A stretch of DNA of 64,000 nucleotides from Squalus acanthias (lineage: Eukaryota), in contig CM059438.1 in NCBI GenBank assembly GCA_030390025.1, positions 52,578,001-52,642,000 of the forward strand, given 5' to 3'. Below the pieces are notes generated by a model, which saw only the letters and a program-made list of their open reading frames with translations, was not told the origin of the DNA and did no database searches. Both the position numbers and the translations under genes were made by a program. Shown here one piece after another: positions 13,475 through 26,010 of this stretch (positions within the stretch are counted from its first letter, which is position 1; the number at the start of each line of letters is the position of its first letter).

Positions 13475-16400
13475 GAAACATAGAAGATAGGAGCAGGAGT
13501 AGGCCATTCGGCCCCTCGAGCCTGTTCCGCCATTTAATGAGATCATGGCTGATCATCCAAATTCAGTACCCTGTCCCTGCTTTCTCCCCATATCCCTTGA
13601 TCCCTTTAGCCTTAAGAAATATATCTAACTCCTTCTTGAATATATTTAATGAATTGGCCTCAACTGCCTTGTGTGGTAGAGAATTCCACAGGTTCACCAC
13701 TCTCTGAGTGAAGCAATTCCTCCTCATCTCAGTCCTAAATGGCTTACCCCTTATCCTTAGACTGTGACCCCTGGTTCTGGACTCCCCCGCCATTGGGAAC
13801 ATCCTTCCTGCATCTAGTCTGTCTAGTCCTGTTAGAATTTTATAAGTTTCAATGAGATCCCCTCTCATTCTTCTAAACTCTAGCGAATATAAGCCTAATC
13901 GACCCAATCTCTCCTCATACGTCATTCCTGCCATCCCAGGTATCAGTCTGGTGAATCTTCGCTGCACTCCTTCCATGGCAAGAACATCCTTCCTCAGATA
14001 AGGTGACCAAAACTGCACACAATACTCAAGGTATGGTCTCACCAAGGCCCTGTACAACTGCAGCAAGACATCATTGCTCCTGTACTCGAATCCTCTCGCT
14101 ATGAAGGCCAACATACCATTTGGCTTCTTAACCGCCTGCTGCACCTGCATGCTTACCTTCAGCGACTGGTGCACAAGGACACCCAGGTCTCGTTGCACTT
14201 CCCCTTTTCCCAATCTATTGCCGTTCAGATAATAATCTGTCTTCCTGTTTTTGCCACCGAAGTGGATAACCTCGCATTTATCCACATTATACTGCATTTG
14301 CCATGCATCTGCCCAATCACCCAACCTGTCCAAATCATACTGGAGTTTCTCTGCATCCTCCTCACAGCACACATGCCCACCCAGGTTTGTGTTGTCTGCA
14401 AACTTGGAGATATTACATCTAGTTCCCTCGTCTAGATCATTTACATATATATATATATATATATGTTGTGAATAGCTGGGGTCCTAGCACCGATCCCTGC
14501 GGTACCCCACTAGTCACTGCCTGCCACTCGGAAAAAGACCCGTTTATTCCAACTCTTTGCTTCCTGTCTGCCAACCAGTTCTCTATCCAAGACAGTACCT
14601 TACCCCCAATCCCGTGTGCTTTAACTTTGCACGCTAATCTCTTATGCAGGACCTTATCGAAAGCCTTCTGAAAGTCCAAATACACCACATCCACTGGTTC
14701 TCCCTTATCTATTCTACCAGTTACATCCTCAAAAAATTCCAGTAGATTAGTCAAGCATGATTTACCTTTTGTAAATCCATGTTGACTTTGTCCGATCCTG
14801 TTACTGTTTTCCAAGTGCTCTGCTATTACATCTTTTATAATGGACTCTAGCATTTTCCCCACTACCGATGTCAGACTTACTGGTACATAATTCCCTATTT
14901 TCTCTCTACCACCTTTTTTAACATGGGGGGTTACTTTAGCTATCCTCCAATCCATGGGAACTGTTCCAGAGTCTATAGAATTTTGGAAGATGACCAGCAA
15001 TGCATCTACTATTTCTAGGGCCACTTCCTTAAGTACCCTAGGATGTAGATTATCAGGCCCTGGGGATTTATCGGCCTTCAATTCCCTACAAATACTGATT
15101 TCATTCAATTCCTCCCTTTTATTTGACCCTATGTTCCCCGACATCTCTGGGAGGTTATTTGTGTCCTCCTTTGTGAAGACAGAACCAAAGTATGTATTTA
15201 ATTGGTCTACCATTTCTTTGTTCCCCATTATAATTTCACCTGATTCTGACTGCAAGGGACCTACGCTTGACTTCACCAATCTTTTTCTCTTCACATATCT
15301 ATAGAACCTTTTACAGTCAGTTTTTATGTTCCCTGCAAGCTTACTCTCATAATCTATTTTCCCCTCTTAATTAATCCCTTTGTCCTCCTTTGCTGAATCC
15401 TAAACTGCTCCCAATCCTCAGGTTTGCTGCTTTTTCTGGCCAAATTATGTGTCCTCTCCTTGGATCTTACGCTATCCCTAATTTCCCTTGTTAGCCACAG
15501 TTGAGTCACCTTTTTTGTTTTATTTTTATGCCAAACAGGGATGAACAAATTCTGTAGTTCATCCATGCGATCTTTAAATGTTTGCCATTGCCTATCCACC
15601 ATTAACCCTCTAAGTAACATTCCCCAATCCATCCTAGCCAACTCATGCGTCATACCATCATAGTTTCCTTTATTTAAATTCAGGACCCTAGTCTCTGAGT
15701 CAACTAGTTCACTCTCCATTTTAATGAAGCATTCGATCATATTATGATCGCTCCTCCCCAAGGGGCCTCGCACAACAAGATTGCTAATTAATCCTTTCTC
15801 ATTACATAATACCCAGTCTAAGATGGCCTGATCTCTAGTTGGTTCCTCGACATATTGGTCCAGGAAACCATCCCGTATACACTCTAGGAATTCCTCCTCC
15901 ACAGTATTGTTACTAATTTGGTTAGCCCAATCTATATGTAGATTAAAGTCACCCATGATAACTGCTGTGCCCCTATTGCACGCGTCTCTAATTTCCCATT
16001 TAATGCCATCCCCAACCTCAGCATTACTGTTTGGGGGTCTGTATACAACTCCCACTAACTTTTTCTGCCCCTTGGTATTTCTCAGCTCTGCCCATACAGA
16101 TTCCACATCATCAGAGCCAATATCCTTCCTTACTATTGTGTTAATTTCCTCTTTAACCAGCAATGCTACCCCACCTGCTTTTCCTTTTTTCCTGTCCTTC
16201 CTGAATATTGAATACCCCTGGATGTTGAATTCCCAGCCTTGGTCACCCTGGAGCCATGTCTCCGTAATCCCAATTATATCATATCCGTTTACATCTATTT
16301 GCACAGCTAATTCATCCACCTTATTACGAATGCTCCTCGCATTAAGATACAAAGCCTTCAGACTTGATTTTTTAACACTCAGTCCTTTTAGAATTATTAT

Positions 16401-16916
16401 TTACTGTGGCCCTATTTGATTTACACCCTTAATTTCTCTACCTTCCACTTTTGCTTTTCACCTTCCTGTCTTTTGTTTCTATCCTTGCTTCCCTTTCCTC
16501 TGTCTCCCTGCACAGGTTCCCAACCCCCTGCCATTTTAGTTTAAACCCTTCCCAACAGCACTAGCAAACACTCCCCCTAGGACATCGGTTCTGGTTCCGC
16601 CCAGGTGCAAACCATCCAGTTTGTACTGGTCCCACCTCCCCCAGAACCGGTTCCAATGTCCCAGGAATTTGAATCCCTCCCCCTTGCACCATTCCTCTAG
16701 CCACATATTCATCTGAAATATCCTTCTATTTCTACTCTGACTAGCATGTGGCACTGGTAGCAATCCTGAGATTACTACCTTTGAGATCCTATTTTTAAAT
16801 TTACCTCCCAATTCCCTATATTCAGCTTTTAGGACCTCATCCCGTTTTTTACCTATATCGTTGGTACCTATATGCACCACGACAACTGGCTGTTCACCCT
16901 CCCCCTCCAGAATGCC
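13475..16916 (-). mobile_element. Young CR1 LINE (~3.4 kb): C-terminal ORF1 SGNH esterase, ORF2 endonuclease-RT and 3' UTR, with a few disruptions
   Basis: ORF1 VHIGTNDIG...DGLHL (16536-16880); EN YLNARSI, GITETWL, YRPP, GDFN, SDH (15354-16352); [23 protein letters not shown] (14437-15294) and C-terminus (13563-14372). Confidence 0.95.
14445..14464. repeat. (AT)10 microsatellite inside the CR1 RT IYIND motif
   Basis: Direct read; the paralogous copy at ~44740 has only a short atatat. Confidence 0.9.
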
Positions 16917-16966
16917 AAAATGAGTCCAATGCTGGACCTACAGTCTTTGTCACAGGTGGAGCAGAC

Positions 16967-17350
16967 GGTGGAAGCGGAGACATTCAATGTTTTCAAGGGG
17001 AGACTGGATGGGCACTTGAGGGAAATAAACTTGCAGGGCTACGGGGATAGAGCGGGGGAATGGGACTGACTGGAGTGCTCTACAGAGAGCCGACGTAGAC
17101 TCGATGGGCCGAATGGCCTCCTTCTGTGCCGTTATGACTCTATGAAACATATAAGATTCTGAGAGGGTAGATGCTCAGAGGTTGTTTCCCCTGGCTGGAG
17201 AGTCTAGAACTAGGGGGCATAGTCTCAGGATAAGGGGTCGGCCATTTAGGACTGAGATGAGGAGGAATTTCTTCACTTAGAGGCTTGTGAATCTTTGGAA
17301 TTATCTACCCAGAGGGCTGTGGATGCTCAGTCGTTGAGTATAGTCAAGGT
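16967..17350 (+). mobile_element. CR1 3' fragments; the first continues the copy begun at ~13367-13474 and split by the minus-strand CR1
   Basis: gtggaagcggagac...gatgggccgaatggcctcc 3' UTR, followed by a second CR1 C-terminal piece from ~17146. Confidence 0.7.
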
Positions 17351-17380
17351 TATACAACAACAACAACTTGTATTTATAGC

Positions 17381-18392
17381 TTTCTTCTTAGGCAGTCCCT
17401 CGGAACTGAGGATGACTTGCTTCCACATTAAAAATGAGTCCAATGCAGGACCTGCAAGACCTACAGTCTCTGTCACAGGTGGGGCAGACGGCAGGTGGGT
17501 GGGGTGCTTGGGTTTACGTGCGCTCCTTCTGCTTGGCTTCCGCTTGCTCCCGGCGAAGACGCTCGGTGCCTTCCCGGATGCTTCTCCTCCACTTTGTGCG
17601 GTCTTGGGCCAGGGATTCCCAGGTGTCGGTGGGGATTTTGCACGTTTTCAAGGAGGCTTTGAGAGTGTCCTTGAAATGTTTCCTCTGCCCACCTGCGGCT
17701 CTCTTGCCGTGTCGGAGCTCCGAGTAGAGCGCTTGTTTTTGGAGTCTCGTATCGGGCATGCGGACGATGTGACCCATCCATCGGAGCTGATCGAGCGTGG
17801 TCAAAGCTTCGATGCTGGGGATGTTGGCCTGAGCGAGAACACTGACGTTGGTGCGCCTATCCTGCCAATGGATTTGCAGGATCTCGCAGAGGCAGCATTG
17901 GTGGTACCTCTCCAGTGCTTTGAGGTGCCTGCTGTACATGGTCCATGTCTCTGAGGCATACAGGAGAGCGGGTATCACTACTGCTCTGTAGACCATGAGC
18001 TTGGTGCTGGGTTTGAGGTCCTGGTCTTCAAACACTCTCTTCCTCAGGCGACCGAAGGCTGCACTGGCACACTGAAGGCGGTGTTGGACTTCGTCATCGA
18101 CGTCTGCCCTTGTTGACAGTAGGTTCCAGAGGTATGGAAAGTGGTCCACGTTGTCCAAGGCCTTGTCGTGGATTTTGATAATTGGGGGCAGTACTGTGTG
18201 GCGGGGGCAGGTTGGTAGAGGCGCTTTGTCTTACGGATGTTTAGTGTAAGGCCTATGCTCTCGTACGCTTCGATGGAGGTGTTGACGATGGTTTGGAGTA
18301 CGACCTCCGAGTGTGCGCAGACACAAGCGTCGTCTGCATACTGTAATTCGACGACAGAGGATGGGACGACCTTGGATCTGGACTGGAAGTGA
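17381..18392 (-). mobile_element. RTE (BovB-like) LINE 3' fragment inserted in an L2 tail
   Basis: ORF 17514-18158 ASAAFGRLRKRVF...YRAVVIPALLYASETWT...LRWMGHIVRMPD..WESLAQDRTKWR; YADDA motif region ~18330; ttcttc tail; tatagc on both flanks. Confidence 0.9.
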
Positions 18393-18394
18393 AA

Positions 18395-19790
18395 AATATA
18401 TATATAGCGCCTTTAATGTAGTAAAACGTCGCAAGGTGCTTCACAGGAGTATTATAAGACAAAAAATTTGTCACCGAGCCACATAAGGAGAAATTAGGGC
18501 AGGTGACCAAAAGCTTGATCAAAGAGGTAGGTTTTAAGGAGCATCTTAAAGGAGGAAAGAGAGGCAGTGAAGTTTAGGCAGGGAATTCCAGAGCTTAGGG
18601 CCTAGGTAACAGAAGGTATGGTATATCGATAGATTTTTGGACTCTAGGGGAATCAAATGATATGGGGATCAGGTGGGAAAATGGAGTTCAGGTCAAAGAT
18701 CAGCCATGATCTTATTGAATGGCACAGCAGGCTCGAAGAACCATATGCTCTACTCCTGCTCATATTTTTTATGTTCTTATGTTGACAACAAAGGCAGTGA
18801 GGGCGTCGAGAGTGGTGGCGGTAAGGTAGAGCTGGGTGCTGTTTAGCATACATGTGGAACCTGATGTCATGTCTTCGGATGATGTCACTGAGGAGCAGCA
18901 TGTAGATGAGAAATAGGAGGAGGCCAAGGATAGATCCTTGGGGCTCCAGAGTTGATGGTGCGGGAGCAGGAAGAGAAGTCATTGCAGAGATTCTCTGGCT
19001 ACAACAGGATAGGTAAGAGTTGAACCAGGCGAGTGCAGTCCCACCCTGCTGAACAATGGAGGCATTGGAGGGGGATGGAGTGGTCAACTATGTCAAAGGT
19101 TACAGACAGGTTGAGTAAGATAATAAGGGATAGCGCACCACAGTCATAAACACAGAGGATGTAATTTGTGACTTTGATTCGGGCCTTATCAGATCTGTGG
19201 CAGGAGCAGAAACCTGATTGGACAGGTTCAAACATAGAGTTGCAGGAAAGATGGGACGGATTTGGGAGGCAACAACACGTTCAAGGACTTTGGAGAGGAA
19301 AGGGAGGTTTGAGATGCGGCGGTAGCTGCAAGAACAGAGGGGTCAAGAGGGGATGTTTTGAGTAGGGGGTGATGATGGCAGATTTGAAAGGGAGTGGAAA
19401 CCTGAGCATAGGAAACAATTTACAAAATCAGCTAGCATAGGCGCCAGGAAGGGAAGTGGCGTGGTCAATACTTTAGTGGGAATAGGGTCGAGAGAGCAGG
19501 AGGTGGACAAGATGAGCTCGGAGAGGGCATGGTGAGAGATAGGAGAAAACCTAGAGAAAGACACGAGTTCAGAACTAGGACAGGTGGGAACCTCCGGGAA
19601 AGCTTGGCTTTGAGGGCTAGGCAGGGGAGGGATGCAGCAGAGGCAGCTGAACATATGGTCTCAATCTTAGTGACAAAGATCCATGAGCTCCTCGCATATT
19701 GTTTGAGGAAAGGGGCAGGGGAGAGGGGTTTTAGGCATGGTTGCTTGATAGTGGAGAAAAGAAGCCCGGGGTTATCTTTGCAAGGCTTTC
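18395..19790 (-). mobile_element. L2 LINE fragments, with a small + strand CR1 3' end at ~18620-18781
   Basis: L2 tail tatagcgcctttaatgtag; RT remnants QSGF..H, LNLSVTFDIVDH, PQGSILG.LLFLIYM, SCSLDPIPT. Confidence 0.8.
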
Positions 19791-21521
19791 TGTAGTTCAG
19801 AGAATTACAGAAATTCTTAGGCATCTACTGTAGTTTAAGAGTGCCATTGTTGGAGCCTGGGGATAGGTTGAATGTCTCCTCAGCTTGACAAGACCCAAGA
19901 AAAGGGAAGAGGAGAAAATATCTATAAACAAAGGAATCCCATCCTAAAAATTACAATTAGCTGACCTTCATGGACAGGTTGCACTGTATAGCTTCATGAT
20001 AATCATTTTTATTAATGCCTTTATACTTACTCTGCTTTTGTCAGCTAGTAAGAGGCATTGTTTTATTGTTTTTCATGTTTGCTCAGCTTCTGCATGTACA
20101 CAACATCTGTTCATCTCTTTTGATTTTTTCTATATGCTGAACTAAACATGGACCATTCACTATAATTAATCAGATTTTTGACTTTACACAGAAACTAGCA
20201 TTGAGGTCATGAATTTCTATATTACCTTAACATAGAAGCAGCAGAATTGTGTGTGTGTGTTTTCCAAGCAACAATGTCTATCATAATTTGCTATTGAATT
20301 AATGATTATCTGCAAGAAGGTGATATGTGTGCACACTTTGTGCTTGTTTTAAAACATCCTGTTTTACTTATGAGCAAAATTAATTATGATGATACAAGCT
20401 GTTTGATCGTAAAACGTACTAAATAGTACATTTGTACATTGCAGTACTATTAATTCGCTATCTCTGACAAACACATGTAATAATTTAACATTTACTGCTA
20501 AACATTTGTATTTTAATAAAAGGGAACGAGCCTGTGATTCATGAATCAAATGCAATAACAAATATTTGGGAATTGTGTGCTCAGTGTCACTGAAGCGGTT
20601 TAATAGGTTTGAACAAAAACAAAAGTGATGAATGCCTGACGTATACCAGAGCAGAAGGTGTGTCTGATAAAGAGATCTTTCTTTTTATAAAGGATTGTAG
20701 TATTTTTAAGGCTGACATTTCCTAAGCAGATGAATGAAGAAATGTAGGGTGGCATTGTGTGGTGTTTCTCTCTTTCTGATTTGAATGATTACTGTGAACC
20801 TGCCTTGATTTTTGATTTATTTTGTTTGTTGGTTAAGAATCTCTATCTAGCTCTGAAAGGTTTCCTGTTTAACCCATGTTTCCATTAATCCCAGTTTCAG
20901 AGATTCACCACTAATTAACAGGACCGTCAATCTTATTTTCAGGGATTTTCTATAGTCCTCATCACACTAACACTTTCCTTTCAATCACAAATGGGAAGCA
21001 AATCATAAGGACAAAGTACTGAACGATTTGACTCCCATTTGAGACTATAAACTTTGCAAATCTAACTGATAGAAAACAGGGTTTCATTTGCTCAAACTAC
21101 ATAACTTCAACAAGTATGGGTGTTTATGTATTCCACAGGCAAACTTGAGGTTGCAGAATAACATGGCTACTGCCAGAATATATGCTCCCTTCCTGTGAGA
21201 GATTTAATTAAATTTAACTTTTGATCAGGTCCTTCTTTTCATCATTATAAAACGGACTGTAAAAATTGCATGCACTGATGTAAATGCAGTTTACATTTAA
21301 AGGCATAGTTCTTTCAGCTCCATTTTACATTGACAATTACATTAATATTTTATGAAGATTGAAAACTTCCTTTACTCGAACTATGACAGAAATGACTAAG
21401 AACCATCAAATTCCAGACACAAGACAAGCTAAATGCTGTCTCAAGTTATCTGAAACTATCACAAACTGAGGCTGAAGCAACTTAAACTGTAAAGTGGGTT
21501 GATGCTATTCAGAAAGTATTT

Positions 21522-22212
21522 GGGCCTGAATTTGCAATCAGAGGGATGCCTCCGATCATTAAAAAATCTACGCATTTACCTGGTGGTCCGGGAGATACGG
21601 AGGCTTGTGATCCTGGGCCTCTCCTGGTAGAAATGCGTAGAGGCCCCCGTATCCCAGGGGCGCATGCAGTTCGCAACCGCCCCTGGGATCACGTGGGCCA
21701 GCCCAACCAATGAAAGAAGGGAATCTCCGTTCATACTTATGGGGATTCCGTACGTACGGAACTGTCATAAGTATGAATGGGGATGACTTAAAAAATACAT
21801 GAACACATGAAATAAATTTTTAAAAATGACATAAATAAAATTAATTAAAATGGCATTTAATTAAATGTTTTAAACAAAAGTTTAATTTTTTGAATTTTTT
21901 TTAATCTGTTTTAACGGGACTAAATATAAACTTACCTTATTGGACAGGATTTTTAATGTATAAATGAGTGATAAAATTTTACCAGGCGTAAGAATTCCAT
22001 GCCTATCAGTGGGCAGAAGTTGGGCAATTAGCGCAACTCTCCACCCGCAGAGGCCCTTTACCTGGGGATGCGGAGGATCTGTCAAGAAGATTCTTGACAG
22101 ATTGCAAGTGCCGGGTTTCAGGCACTTCACATGCCTAAAACTGGAACTTGTGCGGTCCCTACGGGCGCGTGCGCATCTCATACGCACCCGTAGGGGTCGC
22201 AAAATACGGCCC
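21522..22212. mobile_element. MITE related to family 2 (AT-rich core, subterminal hairpin)
   Basis: TIR-like gggcctgaatttgc / gcaaaatacggccc; shares tgggatcacgtg and taaacttacct with 46015-46758; TSD not clear. Confidence 0.65.
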
Positions 22213-22547
22213 ATAAAAGCACAACTCTGAGTTCATAGAAAGAAAATGAGTGTCCCAAATTTCCTGCCAGAAATGCAGCAGAGCAGGTTTCTTGGCTGCC
22301 TGCAGGAGAAGGTAATTGATCCCCTACATAGTCCCTGGGTTTAGGATTGCATTCAGGCCCTGATAATGGAATCGGAGCTCGATCTGCATATTTAAAGCAG
22401 GATCCACTGAGTTACGGTGACAGAACTAGCTAACTTAATTTCTTTAACACAGAATTAACAATTGATTATTAGTTGGACAAGATAGAAGAATAATGGTGAA
22501 TGGCAGTTAGCAAAACTAAATTCTCATTAAATTTGCTAGTTAGAAAG

Positions 22548-22955
22548 ACTTACACTTATATAGATCTCTTAGAAACATCCAAAAGTGCTTCACACAAATT
22601 ACCTTTGAAATGCAGTCACGGTTGTGTAGGCAAGCATCCCAGCTAGTTTGCACACTGCACAATCCAACAAACAACATTGAGATGAGTGACTAGTTAGTCA
22701 GTTTTTTGGAGGTGTTGGATGATGGAAGACTGTTTGCCAGGACACCAGGAGGACTTCCTGGCCTACTTTGAAAGTATCATGGGATTTTTAACATTCATCT
22801 GAATTAGGTTTAACATCCCATTCAAAGGATGGCAACTCTGATAGTGTATCACTCCCTCACTATTGCATTGAAGTATCAGCTTAGCTTATGTGCTCAAGTC
22901 CTGAGTGGGGCTTGAACCTATAATCTTCTGATTCAAAGATGAAAGTGCTACCACT
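22548..22955 (-). mobile_element. Deu-domain tRNA SINE (degraded)
   Basis: Homologous to 2688-3995 (ccaggacaccagga, catgggatt, tgtgctcaagtcc, cttgaacc). Confidence 0.65.
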
Positions 22956-23319
22956 GACGCACGCTGCCACTTCGAAGGCAGCTTAAATTCACTAACTAGA
23001 TAATAATTAGGGCCTAAAAGATTCAATTCAGTTTTGTTGCCGTTACAGAGGAACTTTCCAATAAGGACTAGCCATTTGAGAAGTAGATTTCAAATGTGGC
23101 CTTCTATAGTAACTTATGAATTATGCATTATCCCTTAGCCTGTCAACAGTTAAAGGGAATCCAGGGCTGCCTGGGCAAGCCAGATTGTTAAGTTTTCAAC
23201 TCCCCTCTGGGTATTGAAACAAGTCTTAACCTTACAATAGCAAAGCTGCTGTGATGTCAGGAGTAACTACTACTTTATGATATTAATTGTGCAGTCCTAA
23301 AATAAATAATGAACGGTAC

Positions 23320-23987
23320 ATTGTGTCCTGCCTCCTTCAAAGGTCTGTGTACGTACACTCCCAGGTCTCTCTGTTCCTGCATCCTCTTTAAAATTGTAAC
23401 TTTTAGTTTATATTGCCTCTCCTCATTCTTCCTACCAAAGTGAATCACTTTGCACTTCTCTGCGTTAAATTTCATCTGACATTTGTCTGCCCATTTCACC
23501 AGTCTGTCTATGTCCTCCTGAAGTCTGTTACTATCCTCCTCACTGTTTACATTTCTGAGTTTCGTGTCATCTTCAAACTTAATGTCCTGTATACTCAAGT
23601 ACAGATCATTAAAATAAATCAGGAAGTATGGTGATCCCAACTTTTTGACCCTTGGGGGACACCACTGTACACTTCCCTTCAGTCTACAAAACAACTGTTC
23701 ACCACTACTCTCTGCTTTCTGCCCCTTAGCCAATTTCGTATCACAGCCCCTTTAATCCCACGGGCTTCAATTTTTCTAACAAGTCTATTATGTGGTACTT
23801 TATCAAACACCTTTTGAAAGTCTATATACACAACACCAACCGCCCTACCCTCATCAACGCTCTCCGTTACTTCATCAAAGAACTCAATCAAGTTAGTCAA
23901 ACACAATTTGCTTCTAACTAATCCATGCTGGTTTTCATTTATTAAACCATACTTTTCCAAGTGCCAATTAATTTTGTCCTGGATTAA
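23320..23987 (-). mobile_element. CR1 LINE fragment, left part; continues at 27820-28117 beyond the Harbinger insertion
   Basis: QHGLVRSKLCLTNLIEFF, YIDFQKVFDKVPH, KFEDDTKL; sequence resumes colinearly at 27821 (tctaaaagtttccccaccacc). Confidence 0.85.
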
Positions 23988-24536
23988 AGGCCGGAATTTT
24001 CCCGTTGCCGCGCGTGCAGGTTTGGGGGCGGGTTGGCAGGAAAAATCCTGGAAATTGCGAGCGCACCGGGAAACCGGCGTCATCCTGCTCCCTTGCGCAT
24101 TTAACTTGGGCGGCTTTGAAGGCGGGACACGAACCCGAACGGCAGAGGCCGGCAACCTCATTGAAGTCATTAAATGCTTGTTGAGAGACCCTTAAGAGGG
24201 TTTTTAACGCCAGATTTTGTCTTTTACTGCAGGAGCATGGGATTCACGCAGCTCGGGTACCCTGCCTGTGAAGGAGAGGCGGAAGCTCAGTGGCCATTGG
24301 CACATTCATTCATTGAGAGCTGGGAAAAGCACATAAATACTGCAACATTACACCTCATTACTTGCCTCATGGAAAGGCTCTTGCTCACTCCATTTTGTCC
24401 ACAGATTTGGGTGTCAGCAGTTTGCAGGTCATTTCTGAACCCTCAGAAGCCATTTTCACCACATTGCTACTCAATATCACAACATTGAGGGATTGGCCCT
24501 CTGATCTCCACTTTACCTGCCATCTACTACATCAGC

Positions 24537-25735
24537 ATGGGTGCCGCTTATACTGTCTCACCTTGGTCCTCAGAATTGGACCAAGGTGAGCCCCACAACC
24601 AACAACACCAGCCACACCAGCAGCAGCAGCAGCAACCACAACAGCAGCCTTCTCCTCAATAACCTAATGCTCCACAGGAGAGAGGGTAGCACCATAGGCA
24701 ATACTCCCAACACAAGGTATACAGGCAGAGGATGAGCTTCCTCAACATGACTGAGCAGCAGTTCTTCAGGAGGCTCAGGTAGACATTCATAGCATGCTGC
24801 AACAAAACCTGCTGCCCAGAGGACCTGGTAGACATTCCTTACCAGTGGCTGTCAAAGACACCACCACCCTCAACCTCTTTGCCTCAGGCTCCTTCCAGGG
24901 ATCTACAGCAGACATTTGTAGGATCTCGCAGTCGGCCACCCACAGATGCATCACCCAGGTAACCGATACCATGTTTCACAAGTCAGCCACTGATGAGGCC
25001 AGTGTTACTGAGTGGGCGTTCGGCTTTGCAGCTCTGGCTGGCTTCCCACAGGTGCAGGGCGTCATTGACTGCACACATGTGGCCATGAAGGCACCCCACA
25101 TCACCCAGGAGTGTTTGTGAACTGCAAGGACAATCACTCCCTCAATGTGCAGCTCGTCTGCAACCATAAAAAGATGATCATGCATGTGTGTGCCAGATTC
25201 CCTGGCAGCTGCCAGGCTGCTGTCATGACTCTTTCGTGTGGCGCCAGTCCACCCTCCCTCAGCTCTTCGCACCTCCAAACAGACTTACTAGCTGGCTGCT
25301 TGGAGACGAGGGCTATCCACTGAAGATGTGGATCATGACACCCTTAAGGACGTCAAGTACTGAGGCCGAGGAGCATTATAATGAGAGCCACATGGCCACC
25401 AGATGTGTCATAGAGCAAGCAATAGGCATGCTGAAGATGCGCTTCAGATGCCTTGACAGATCTGGAGACGCCCTTCAATACGCACCAGCCAAGGTCTACA
25501 GAATCATCATCGTTTGCTGCGTGCTGCACAACATAGCGCAGCAGCGAGGATTGGAGCTGCAGGAGGAGCAAGGCGCAGAGTGCACAGCCTCTTCAGAGGA
25601 CGAGGAGGAGGAGGAAGAGCAGGTGGAAGATGAGGACGAGCAGGAGGAGGAACCTGAGGTGGAGATGGCACCAGCAGCAGCGCACATTGCTGCCCAGGAG
25701 GCCCGGGATAGCCTCATCATGGCCAGATTTACTCA
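24537..25735 (+). pseudogene. Harbinger DDE transposase (HARBI1-like), disrupted
   Basis: [64 protein letters not shown], acidic tail; stops and frameshifts present. Confidence 0.9.
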
Positions 25736-26010
25736 ACTTGCTCCAATGCAGCCACATGGCTGCCACATGCTGTACTAAGTTCGCCCCCCCCCCCCCCCGC
25801 GCCAACAACACCATAAAGCATCCCTATAATGACCAAGCCATTCCTCTCACCCAAATCCCCAGTGCTTGAGGTTAAATAATGTCTCACCATTCACTCCAAG
25901 TGACAAAGCCACTTCCAAGGTAGCAGGCAAAACTTTTGCAAAGAAATACATTTATGTGTCATCAAAACACTAACACTTTTTCATACACCCATGTGCATAC
26001 CTGTGTGCAT

